Below are positions 9,012 through 17,381 of a DNA stretch of 38,321 nt, one piece after another. Each line of letters starts with the position of its first letter. The first letter of the stretch is position 1. The notes under the pieces are model-generated. The model did no database searches and had not been told where the DNA came from. It was given only the letters and a program-made list of their open reading frames with translations. Source of the DNA: Candidatus Micrarchaeota archaeon (lineage in GTDB: Archaea > Micrarchaeota > Micrarchaeia > Anstonellales > Bilamarchaeaceae); assembly GCA_032123335.1 (NCBI GenBank), contig JAQBFN010000043.1:1-38321 (forward strand), in the 5' to 3' direction. Made by a program: the position numbers and the translations under genes.

Positions 9012-10358
9012 ATGCTTCTTGCGCAGAAATATGCACCAGAAAATCTCGAGGACGTATTGGGCAACCTCACTGCAAAGAAGCAGCTCAAGCGCTGGATGCT
9101 CACCTGGATGCGGGGCACAAGGCAGCGCCCCCTCTTAATTACCGGCCCACCCGGAATCGGGAAAACCGCAATGGTTTATGCGTTAAAGGATGAGCTGGAG
9201 CTGGGCCTCCTTGAAATGAGCGCAAGCGATTTCCGTGACAAGGCGCGCATAGAACGGATACTCGGGGGCACAATGTCCGCGAATTCCCTCACCGGGAAAA
9301 CCAAGCTCATTTTCATAGATGATGTTGATGCGATGGGCAGGGAAGACCGAGGGGGGATAATCGCAATCACCAAGCTCCTCAAGGATTCCCCGTTTCCCGT
9401 TGTGCTCACCGCAGAGGATTCCTGGAACAGGAAAATAATCTCCCTGCGTTCCTATTGCACAGTGGTCCCGCTCAAGAGGCCCATCGCACCTTCCATTGCA
9501 AAGCTCCTCACGCACATCTCAGACACTGAGAAGATGCACGTAAGCGAGGAAACAATCCAGTCCATTGCGGAGAATGCGCATGGAGATATCCGTGCTGCAA
9601 TAAATGATTTGCAGTGCAATGCGGTTGGGGAGCGCGACCGTGAAAAAGACATCTTCACCCTTCTAAAAAATCTTTTCCGCGCGGAAACCTATGAAGATGC
9701 AAGGAAGGTTTCCTTTGGAAGCGTAGACCATGGCATGCTTAAGCTCTGGATAAACGAAAACATTCCAATCGTATTTCCACCAGGGGATGTGCCTCTTGCA
9801 TACGAGCGCATTTCCCGCGCAGACATTTTTGATGGAAGGATTATGCGCAGGCAGGCCTGGGGCTTCCTCCGCTATTCAAACGATTTGATGACCGCCGGGG
9901 TTTCGCTTTCCCGCTCGGACATGCGCCCCAAGTTCGTGCGCTTCCAGTTTCCATCTTACCTGAAGCAGATGAAAGCAACCGCCTCTTCCCGCGCAACAAT
10001 GAAATCCCTCCTCACCAAAATAGGGCGGAAGATGCACACTTCCCCAAGGCGCGCAGAATCCTACCTCCCTGTTTTTGCAGGCTTGTATGCGGAGAACCCG
10101 GAATATTTTGAATCCAACTATGGAATTGATGAAAATGAAGCGGAGCTCCTGAAAAAGTTCGCGCCAAAAATCCGCAAAACCAAAGCAAAAAAACCCCCAA
10201 AGAAAGAGCCTCCCAAAAAAGAAGAGAAGAAGGAGGAAAAACCCCTGGAACCCGAACCCGGGCCCGAGAAGGAAAAAGAGGAAGAAAGCAAAAACAAAAT
10301 CCTCCCAAAGCCCACCAAAGTAGAACACGTCGGGCCCAAGCTCCACGAGTTTTTCTGA
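9012..10358 (+). CDS. rfcL: replication factor C large subunit
   Basis: QKYAP, GPPGIGKT, EMSASD, IDDVD and GDIRAAINDLQ; K/E/P-rich tail ending in a PIP-like LHEFF. Confidence 0.93.
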   Translation: MLLAQKYAPENLEDVLGNLTAKKQLKRWMLTWMRGTRQRPLLITGPPGIGKTAMVYALKDELELGLLEMSASDFRDKARIERILGGTMSANSLTGKTKLIFIDDVDAMGREDRGGIIAITKLLKDSPFPVVLTAEDSWNRKIISLRSYCTVVPLKRPIAPSIAKLLTHISDTEKMHVSEETIQSIAENAHGDIRAAINDLQCNAVGERDREKDIFTLLKNLFRAETYEDARKVSFGSVDHGMLKLWINENIPIVFPPGDVPLAYERISRADIFDGRIMRRQAWGFLRYSNDLMTAGVSLSRSDMRPKFVRFQFPSYLKQMKATASSRATMKSLLTKIGRKMHTSPRRAESYLPVFAGLYAENPEYFESNYGIDENEAELLKKFAPKIRKTKAKKPPKKEPPKKEEKKEEKPLEPEPGPEKEKEEESKNKILPKPTKVEHVGPKLHEFF

Positions 10359-10502
10359 GGGCGTTCACGTTAGTATCTCCCCGGTTTTTAATTCTCCGTC
10401 ATAAAACAAAAAAATACACTGACGGAGCCCCCTCGGTGTTCCGAGATAGATTTATTAATCTTTAGCTCGTCTATTTCTTCAGTACACATCGAGGTGAACT
10501 AA

Positions 10503-10718
10503 ATGGGAAAGAAGATCGGATCTGAAAAAATTAGCAGAGAGGACGGATACCTCTACTTCGTCGGAAAGGACGGATATGTTTGGAGAGTTCCTATGAAGCA
10601 CAATAAGAGGGGCTCAAAGAAGAGAGTCGGAAACGAGAAAGTCTCAAAGGAGAGGGGATTCCTCTACTATGTAGGCTCCGACGGCTTTGTCTACAAAGCA
10701 AAGATGAAGAACGCGTAA
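10503..10718 (+). CDS. small basic protein made of two ~30-aa repeats (putative nucleic-acid binding)
   Basis: Repeats KKIGSEKISREDGYLYFVGKDGYVWRVPMK and KRVGNEKVSKERGFLYYVGSDGFVYKAKMK. TATA-like TTTATTAA at 10451, strong SD GAGGTGA at 10491, T-tract downstream. Confidence 0.85.
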   Translation: MGKKIGSEKISREDGYLYFVGKDGYVWRVPMKHNKRGSKKRVGNEKVSKERGFLYYVGSDGFVYKAKMKNA

Positions 10719-10726
10719 GCGTAACC

Positions 10727-10746
10727 TTCTCTTTTTTATTTTTATT
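10727..10746 (+). terminator. oligo-T terminator after the small basic protein
   Basis: TTCTCTTTTTTATTTTTATT starts 8 nt after the stop codon. Confidence 0.55.
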
Positions 10747-10763
10747 CTTAACAAACTGTTCTA

Positions 10764-12197
10764 ATGCCTAAATTGGATAAGGTTCCTTTAGACCTCCTTT
10801 TGATTGCTTTTGTTTCTGGAGCCTGTGCAATGCTTGTTGAGATTGCGGGCGCAAGAGTAATTTCCCCTTATCTTGGAAACACGATATACACATGGGCTTC
10901 AGCCATAGGGCTTGTTCTTGCAGCCCTGAGTGCAGGCTATTATGCTGGAGGAATATTGGCTGATAGGTATCATGACCGAAAGCACTTTTCCATAATCCTG
11001 CTTGCTGCAGGCATCCTGACCCTCACCGTTCCCATACTTGGAAACATAATAACCCCATTCACACTTTTGCTCGAGCTTTCAACTGCGAACCTGGTTGCAG
11101 CACTGGTGCTAGTGCCCGCAAGCTTCTTCTTTGGGATGGTTTCCCCGTATGTAATCAAGCTCACTTCCAAGGTGGGCCATGAAGGCCAGGGAGCAGGGAG
11201 AATATTTGCAATCTCTACTATCGGGAGCATAATCGGCTCTTTGGGAACAGGATTCATCTTGATACCCAACCTGGAGATTACGTTCATTTTCATCCTGGCT
11301 TCCATTGCAATGGTGCTGATGAGCTGGCTATCCTTTCCAAAAAAAGGAATGTTCCTTGATATCGTGCCAGTTGCATTCATGGTATTCCTGGCACTGCAAG
11401 TGGGGTATGCCAATTTGTTTAGTGGGGACGTCGTCTATGAAGGAGACAGCATGTACTACCACATCCTTGTTGTTGATGGTGAACGTGATGGGGTACCAGC
11501 AAGAATGATTCTTCTGGATAATGCTCTATCCACCGCGGAGAACCCAGGTGGGGGACCGGCACTTGATTATGCCATCAAATCCAGAGTTGGGTATGAACTT
11601 GCAGTTGATGCAAAAAACGCCCTGGTCCTTGGAATTGCAGGGGGGACACAAATAGAGGACCTAAAGAATCACTTTCCGAAAGCCCATGTGGATGGCGTGG
11701 ATATAGATGGTAAAGTAATCGAAATAGGCAAAGCTTACTTTTCATTGGAAGACGATGAAATGACTGACCTCATTGTAGATGACGCGAGAAGATATGTGAA
11801 AACCACTGATAATGTTTATGATTTGGTCATCTTTGATGTGTTTCGCGGAAGAAGCATCCCACCCCACCTCGCAACCCAGGAGTTCCTTTACGAACTAAAA
11901 GACAGAATGAGCCCGGATGGAGTTGTGGCCGTAAACATCATTTCCTCTTTAGAGGGAGATGATGCAGATGTTTTCATATTTGTTTACAATACCTTTTCTT
12001 CAGTATTCACAAATGTTCTGGTTCTCCCTCTAGGAGACGATCCAGAGACACTCATGAACGTAATAATCATAGCTACGGATAAGGATGCGTCTCAGTTCCT
12101 GGATGAACACAAGGAGGAGATCTACTCTGCCCCGGTTCCAGAACGAGCCCCCCTCACGGACGGACTTAACCCAATAGAGCTATATTCCGCCCATTGA
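10764..12197 (+). CDS. fused membrane domain / spermidine synthase-like (aminopropyltransferase/MTase fold) protein
   Basis: N-terminal ~7 TM with SGACAMLVEI, GNTIYTWA and STIGSIIG; C-terminal LVLGIAGG, VDID, DARRYV, YDLVIFDVF and PPHLATQEF. Confidence 0.85.
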   Translation: MPKLDKVPLDLLLIAFVSGACAMLVEIAGARVISPYLGNTIYTWASAIGLVLAALSAGYYAGGILADRYHDRKHFSIILLAAGILTLTVPILGNIITPFTLLLELSTANLVAALVLVPASFFFGMVSPYVIKLTSKVGHEGQGAGRIFAISTIGSIIGSLGTGFILIPNLEITFIFILASIAMVLMSWLSFPKKGMFLDIVPVAFMVFLALQVGYANLFSGDVVYEGDSMYYHILVVDGERDGVPARMILLDNALSTAENPGGGPALDYAIKSRVGYELAVDAKNALVLGIAGGTQIEDLKNHFPKAHVDGVDIDGKVIEIGKAYFSLEDDEMTDLIVDDARRYVKTTDNVYDLVIFDVFRGRSIPPHLATQEFLYELKDRMSPDGVVAVNIISSLEGDDADVFIFVYNTFSSVFTNVLVLPLGDDPETLMNVIIIATDKDASQFLDEHKEEIYSAPVPERAPLTDGLNPIELYSAH

Positions 12198-12271
12198 ATG
12201 CCCTTTGGCTTTTTGCAAACCTATTTATTTTTATCTTTTTATTAACTAAACTTCTAAATTAAGGTGAGCAT

Positions 12272-12673
12272 ATGAAATTAGTTGTATCAGACCCAAAAAC
12301 AGGCAGGACCGCACAGGTGGATATCTCAGAGGACAAAAGGACACTCATTGTTGGAAAGAAGATGGGGCAGGAAATCGCAGGAGATGACTTTGGCCTCGCT
12401 GGCTACACGCTCAAGCTTACTGGTGGAAGCGACGATAGCGGGTTCCCCATGAAGGCATCCATTTCCGGCTCAAGGAAGCTCAAATCCCTTGTTTCCACAG
12501 GCCCGGGATTCAACCCCAAGTCCAAGGGGCAGAGGAAGAAGAAGATGTTCCGCGGGGACACTTATTCACTCGACATTACCCAGGTAAACTCAATGGTTAC
12601 AACGCCAGGCGCTGAATCTTTGGAAACCCTATTCCCCAAAGGAGAAAAACCTAAAGAAGGGGAGAAGAAGTAG
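12272..12673 (+). CDS. rps6e: 30S ribosomal protein S6e
   Basis: KLVVSDPKTG, LKLTGGSDDSGFPM and GQRKKKMFRG; SD AAGGTGA upstream. Confidence 0.96.
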   Translation: MKLVVSDPKTGRTAQVDISEDKRTLIVGKKMGQEIAGDDFGLAGYTLKLTGGSDDSGFPMKASISGSRKLKSLVSTGPGFNPKSKGQRKKKMFRGDTYSLDITQVNSMVTTPGAESLETLFPKGEKPKEGEKK

Positions 12674-12681
12674 GTGTTGTT

Positions 12682-13869
12682 CTGCAGGCTGAGATAAACA
12701 TAGGGCTACTCGGACACGTTGATCACGGAAAGACCAGCCTCACCAAGGCCCTTACTGGCAAATGGACAGATACCCACTCAGAAGAGCTTAAGAGGGGGAT
12801 CTCCATCCGCCTCGGCTACGCAGACGCTGAAATCAGGTATTGTTCCAAGTGCAAGGAATACACAACCACTGATAAATGTGATAAATGCGGAGGCAAAACC
12901 GAAGTAAAGAGGAGGGTTTCCTTCCTGGATGCCCCGGGCCACGAAACCCTCATGACCACGGTTATTTCCGCCTCCAGCATAATGGACGGAGCACTTCTGC
13001 TTATTGCTGCAAACGAAGAATGCCCCCAGCCCCAAACCGCTGAGCACCTTACCGTCATCAATATACTCGGCATAAGGAATATCGTGGTCGTGCAGACCAA
13101 GGTGGACCTTGTTTCCAAGGAAAAGGCAAAGGAGCATTACGACCAAATTAAGAAATTCCTCAAAGGCTCGGTTGCAGAGAACGCACCCATAATTCCCGTA
13201 GTTGCAAACCACGGCATAAATGTAGGTGAAGTTGCCCGCGCAATCGAGGAGTTCATCCCGACCCCAAAGAGGGACCTGGATGCGCCATCGCTTCTCTACG
13301 TATCACGCTCATTTGACATAAACAGGCCCGGGATGGAGGTTTCCTCTCTCAATGGAGGGGTAATCGGAGGCTCCCTTCTCCGCGGCAAGCTCAAGATTGG
13401 GGACAAGATTGAATTCCTCCCAGGAATAGACCGGGAAGGGAAACCCCCCAAGCCCGTAATTACTGAAGTATCCTCGCTTATGTGCGAGGGCGGGAAGCTT
13501 GAAGAGGCTCACTCCGGAGGACTTATTGCAGTGGGCACAAACCTGGACCCCAGCCTCACAAAAGGAGATTCCCTCACCGGGTGCGCGGTCGGTGCCCCGG
13601 GTTCTCTACCCAAGGTTTCCCAAGAGCTGGAGATTACATATTCGCCCATAGAACGAACTGAATTTGATAATCCCCCTCCCAAGGCGGGTGAGCCCATTGT
13701 CATAAGCACCCAGACCTCCACCACAGTTGGAGTAATCTTGAACTACAAAAAGGGCAACGCAACAATCAAACTCAAGAAGCCGGTTGCAGTAGAAGCAGGC
13801 TCCACGATTGCGCTCAGCAGACGGGTTGGGCAGCGCTGGAGACTCTGCGGATGGGGAAAAACCAAGTAA
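12682..13869 (+). CDS. eif2g: translation initiation factor aIF2 gamma subunit (395 aa, apparent CTG start)
   Basis: Frame 1 from 12682 reads (L/M)QAEINIGLLGHVDHGKT...DTHSEELKRGISIRLGYAD, then a zinc ribbon CSKC..CDKC, DAPGHE and TKVD. The ORF-track start at 12952 lies after the P-loop and switch motifs. Confidence 0.95.
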   Translation: MQAEINIGLLGHVDHGKTSLTKALTGKWTDTHSEELKRGISIRLGYADAEIRYCSKCKEYTTTDKCDKCGGKTEVKRRVSFLDAPGHETLMTTVISASSIMDGALLLIAANEECPQPQTAEHLTVINILGIRNIVVVQTKVDLVSKEKAKEHYDQIKKFLKGSVAENAPIIPVVANHGINVGEVARAIEEFIPTPKRDLDAPSLLYVSRSFDINRPGMEVSSLNGGVIGGSLLRGKLKIGDKIEFLPGIDREGKPPKPVITEVSSLMCEGGKLEEAHSGGLIAVGTNLDPSLTKGDSLTGCAVGAPGSLPKVSQELEITYSPIERTEFDNPPPKAGEPIVISTQTSTTVGVILNYKKGNATIKLKKPVAVEAGSTIALSRRVGQRWRLCGWGKTK

Positions 13870-13921
13870 GTACCATTTTTAAGTCTTTTTCTCCTTAACT
13901 TATCCAACAAGGTGTACAAAC

Positions 13922-14281
13922 ATGAATGTTCAAAAGACGCTGTTAAGTGGGCTTGTGCTGGCAATGCTTTTCGGAGTGGTTACTGCCGCAAGCACGACTA
14001 CTGCAGATACCGCAAATATCCAAACAGGCCTTTGCGAACTCTATTCACTTGTAGAGAGCCTGCTCGCAGTAGTTGTATTCGTGCTCATCGTGCTCGCTGC
14101 AATCATTTATGCAGCTGGGCAGGTTTTGGGTGCTGAGACAAGGGCAAGGGCCTCTGTCTGGGCAACTTCGATGATTATCGGTGCAATCATCGGCATTGTA
14201 ATATACCTCATCGTGCCCATCGTTCTCGGAACAATGCTTGGCCATGGTGAGGCCCTCAGTGATGTTTGTATCACACCGTAG
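13922..14281 (+). CDS. VirB2/TrbC/CedA1-like pilin (signal peptide + two-helix hydrophobic hairpin)
   Basis: 119 aa: a signal peptide, then two TM helices joined by the basic linker AETRARASVWA. Has its own TATA (TTTTAAG ~13877), SD AAGGTG (13909) and terminator. Confidence 0.7.
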   Translation: MNVQKTLLSGLVLAMLFGVVTAASTTTADTANIQTGLCELYSLVESLLAVVVFVLIVLAAIIYAAGQVLGAETRARASVWATSMIIGAIIGIVIYLIVPIVLGTMLGHGEALSDVCITP

Positions 14282-14300
14282 GGTTTTCCAACCCTTTTTT
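14280..14300 (+). terminator. hairpin + T-tract terminator after pilin gene
   Basis: AGGGTT-TTCC-AACCCT followed by T-runs. Confidence 0.6.
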
Positions 14301-14332
14301 CTCTTTTTAATTTTTGATTGAAATCTGTATCC

Positions 14333-14410
14333 ACAAATTTCAAAGCGCACAAATTCTAATTCGCTTCCAGCGAATTCTCTTGAGCAGAGCTCAAGATTTT
14401 GCAAATTTGT
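14333..14410. repeat. palindromic cruciform-like intergenic element (MITE/REP-like)
   Basis: Terminal inverted repeat ACAAATTTCAAA / TTTGCAAATTTGT encloses two perfect 8-bp hairpins: AATTCGCT-TCC-AGCGAATT (14358-14376) and TCTTGAGC-AGA-GCTCAAGA (14378-14396). Confidence 0.6.
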
Positions 14411-14453
14411 CCTCCCCAATCTATTTAAACTCAAATAATCATTATTCCCTTAG

Positions 14454-15062
14454 ATGCGAGGCTACCTCTCATTCCTGCTTGTTCTTTCCATAATGGTTTG
14501 CATATTCGCATTCTTAGCTCCCTTCCCAAACATGTACTCCAATTCGGATTATGCAGCAATCGAGGCGGAGCGCACAAACTCCATTTCCATGAACGTAAAG
14601 GAAGCAATACTGCTCTCCACATCCTACTGGCTCCGCACCTCCGCCCTTGCGTACGATTCCTTCCCTGAAGAGGAAAAGAACCCTGTAGAGCGGGAGCTCG
14701 CAATAAAGGCCGGAATTCTCTCTGGCTGGGCATTGCTCTCCGCGCACCAATTCAGCGATGATTTTGAGGTGCAGCTCTGGTGCGGCCACATAACAGCAGA
14801 TACAAAGGAAGAGCTTTCAAAGCAGATGGCTGAGAGTGGAACCATTCTCCCCTGCGCAGGCTGCCAGCCCCTATATTCTCCCGCATGTGCGGATTTCATC
14901 CAGGTGAACCAGAAAGAGCTTCCAGATGAGAAGGACAGGGTGCGCCTTGCCTCCTCCAGCCCGCTCCCCACCTTTTTCGGGGCAGTGGGCGCATCAATCT
15001 ACTCGCCCAAATATGGAACCGCAAATGTGGTCTACGTGCCGCTTACGGAGTGGATACAATGA
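14454..15062 (+). CDS. type IV pilin-like protein (class III signal peptide-like N-terminus)
   Basis: MRG|YLSFLLVLSIMV hydrophobic N-terminus; Cys-containing globular domain; first gene of an overlapping 4-gene cluster. Confidence 0.6.
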   Translation: MRGYLSFLLVLSIMVCIFAFLAPFPNMYSNSDYAAIEAERTNSISMNVKEAILLSTSYWLRTSALAYDSFPEEEKNPVERELAIKAGILSGWALLSAHQFSDDFEVQLWCGHITADTKEELSKQMAESGTILPCAGCQPLYSPACADFIQVNQKELPDEKDRVRLASSSPLPTFFGAVGASIYSPKYGTANVVYVPLTEWIQ

Positions 15063-15367
15063 AGGGCCAGGTTACAGTGGAGGAATTGATTTCCCTTTCC
15101 ATCTACCTGCTCCTGCTCTCAATGCTGGTAACTGCAACCCTGCACCTGAAGGAATCCGGGGAAAACTGGAGCGGGCAGCTTTCCCTGCGCGCAGAAGCAG
15201 GCTCATTAGCCCGCACAGAAGATGCATTCCATAATAATAACATATATAATCCGTACAACTGGTCCGGTGGAGGCACCGGATACCTGGAACTCCAGAAAGG
15301 AGGATTAGAAGCTACAGCCCCAGTTTTATGGGGAAAAGCCGAGGTGGCAAAAGGTGAACCAATCTAA
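15059..15367 (+). CDS. type IV pilin-like protein
   Basis: MKG|QVTVEELISLSIYLLLL, a canonical archaeal class III signal peptide with Glu at +5; ATGA overlap with the upstream gene. Confidence 0.8.
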   Translation: MKGQVTVEELISLSIYLLLLSMLVTATLHLKESGENWSGQLSLRAEAGSLARTEDAFHNNNIYNPYNWSGGGTGYLELQKGGLEATAPVLWGKAEVAKGEPI

Positions 15368-15761
15368 GGGCTTTGTTTCTTTTGATTTGCTTTTTTCTGC
15401 ACTTCCATTGCTCCTTATGCTTGTGCACATGCTCACGGTTACCGGGATGGCTGCGGATGTGGGGGAGCAAACCCTCAAATCCACAGAAACAACCGGGAAG
15501 CTGGTTACGATTGCGGATTATTTAGTGAAGCGGGGCGCGGTTGAGCGCTCCCTTCAGGGAACCGAGTTCCTGGGAACAGCAACCTACCACCCGAACGTAA
15601 TCGATGAATCAAAACTCAACTCAATGGATACAGAGGGGATACGGAAATGGATGGAGCTGGATTCCCTCCAAATCTCCTGGGAAAAAGGGGAGGGAACCTG
15701 CATCTACAGGCTGGTGCTCCTGGAAGGAGAAGCAAAGAAGCTCTATGTATGCGGTGGGTAA
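15354..15761 (+). CDS. type IV pilin-like protein
   Basis: MNQSKG|FVSFDLLFSALPLLLML, class III signal peptide with an acidic +5 residue. Confidence 0.75.
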   Translation: MNQSKGFVSFDLLFSALPLLLMLVHMLTVTGMAADVGEQTLKSTETTGKLVTIADYLVKRGAVERSLQGTEFLGTATYHPNVIDESKLNSMDTEGIRKWMELDSLQISWEKGEGTCIYRLVLLEGEAKKLYVCGG

Positions 15762-16124
15762 ATGAAAACAATTGAAGCATTGATTTCCCTGATGGTTCTG
15801 CTTTCATTCACCTCGCTTTCCCTGCTCCATGCCCCGCCCCAGGAATCCCAGCTTTACAAATACCAGCTTGCAGAAGATGTGTGGAGAATCGCCTACCTGA
15901 AGGGTTGCTTCAACCAACCCGTTCTTTCCCTAAACCCACAAAATGAGATGGAGGAATGCCTCAACCCACTAATTGCAGAAATAGAAAGGGAAACCTCACT
16001 AAAAATTGCATTTACTCCGCTGGAAGCGGCAGGGAATTCCCTCCCAAGCGAAAATGCAGCAGCAATCCACAAAACAATTCCGATAAACGGAATTCCACAG
16101 GAAATAATATTGCAGGTCGGGTAA
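15762..16124 (+). CDS. type IV pilin-like protein lacking a cleavable leader
   Basis: MKTIEALISLMVLLSF, Glu at position 5 followed by a hydrophobic helix; abuts the previous stop codon. Confidence 0.6.
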   Translation: MKTIEALISLMVLLSFTSLSLLHAPPQESQLYKYQLAEDVWRIAYLKGCFNQPVLSLNPQNEMEECLNPLIAEIERETSLKIAFTPLEAAGNSLPSENAAAIHKTIPINGIPQEIILQVG

Positions 16125-16189
16125 ACTCTTTATTTTGACGTAAAAAATAATCCAATATTATATAAGCATTCCTCCACAAACCCTCAAAC

Positions 16190-17356
16190 ATGCAACCCTC
16201 ACACAGGAGTTCATTGGTAAAATACGCAATAAGGGATGTAGTTCTTGAGGCCAAGAAAGAGGAGGCAAAAGGCAAGGAAGTTATCTATCTTAATGTAGGT
16301 GACCCCGCAGCCTATGATTTCTCCCCGCCCCAATGCATTGCAGATGCAACAAAGGAAGCGCTGGATGGCCCGTACAAAGGCTATGCATTCGCGCTTGGAG
16401 AGCCCAAGCTCAGGGAAGAGATTGCAAAAATCGAGAACTGCAGCCCGGACGAGGTTTTCGTAACTGCGGGGCTTTCCGAAGGAATCGACCACTCCATGAA
16501 AATACTCCTGGACCCGGGGGACTCAATCCTGCTCCCAAATCCAACCTACCCACTTTACTCAACCAAGGTGAATGTGCTCTTCGCACAAGCTCTCTATTAT
16601 GGGTGCAGGGATGGATGGATTCCTGACCCGGATGAGGTAAGGAAAAAACTAGACGATACAACCAAGGCACTGGTAATTATCAACCCGAACAACCCCACAG
16701 GTGCAGTATATCCCTACAATGTGCTCAAGGAACTTGCAGATATTGCTGCAGAGCACAAGCTCACGATAATCGCGGACGAGGTTTACGACCACGTAATTTT
16801 CGATGATGTGGAAATGCACAAGATGAAGGACATCGCAAAGGACAGCGTAGTCTTCTCAGGAAACAGCCTCTCCAAGAACTTCCTCTACCCAGGCGCAAGA
16901 ATCGGCTACATGGCAATCCACAATGATGCCGAAGGCGGATTCAAGGATGCATTCACAAGGCTCTGCAACCAGCGCCTTTCCGTGAACTGGGAATTCCAGT
17001 TTGGTGCAATTGCAGCATACAAGAATGGGTTTGATTTCCTCAAGTCACCCCTGGAAAAGCTAAGGAGGAGAAGAGACCTAGTCTGCAAACGGATTGACGA
17101 GATTCCAGGCCTTTCAATTTTCCCCCCACAGGCCGCATTATACGGATTTGTAAAAGTAGAGGGCTACAAGGGAACGGATTGGGACTTCATCTACGACCTG
17201 CTCCGCACAGAAGGGGTTTTGGTGGTTCCGGGCTCAGCATTTTACAAGGAAAACAGGAATGAGCTCTATTTCCGCACAACCCTGCTCCCGGATGACAAGA
17301 CACTTGAAACCGCAATGGACAAGCTGGAGAAGTTCATGAAGGCGAAGATTGCTTAA
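16190..17356 (+). CDS. PLP-dependent class I/II aminotransferase (alanine/aspartate aminotransferase-like)
   Basis: LNVGDP, INPNNPTG, ADEVY and SLSKNFLYPGARIGY (PLP lysine). Confidence 0.93.
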   Translation: MQPSHRSSLVKYAIRDVVLEAKKEEAKGKEVIYLNVGDPAAYDFSPPQCIADATKEALDGPYKGYAFALGEPKLREEIAKIENCSPDEVFVTAGLSEGIDHSMKILLDPGDSILLPNPTYPLYSTKVNVLFAQALYYGCRDGWIPDPDEVRKKLDDTTKALVIINPNNPTGAVYPYNVLKELADIAAEHKLTIIADEVYDHVIFDDVEMHKMKDIAKDSVVFSGNSLSKNFLYPGARIGYMAIHNDAEGGFKDAFTRLCNQRLSVNWEFQFGAIAAYKNGFDFLKSPLEKLRRRRDLVCKRIDEIPGLSIFPPQAALYGFVKVEGYKGTDWDFIYDLLRTEGVLVVPGSAFYKENRNELYFRTTLLPDDKTLETAMDKLEKFMKAKIA

Positions 17357-17381
17357 TAAAGTTTTTCCGAGTATTTCCCCC

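Noticed and set aside
10764..12197. Spermidine-synthase-like gene as a horizontally acquired insert
   Set aside because: It looks slightly more AT-rich by eye, but I cannot quantify this and see no flanking repeats or mobility genes.
12671..12697. Read-through of the rps6e TAG producing an S6e-aIF2-gamma fusion
   Set aside because: The two genes are in different frames, and the rps6e frame hits TAA eight codons after the TAG.
12952..13869. 305-aa ORF-track version of aIF2-gamma, or a pseudogene call
   Set aside because: The upstream 90 codons are open and contain intact GTPase motifs, so the gene is full length with a non-standard or mis-sequenced start.
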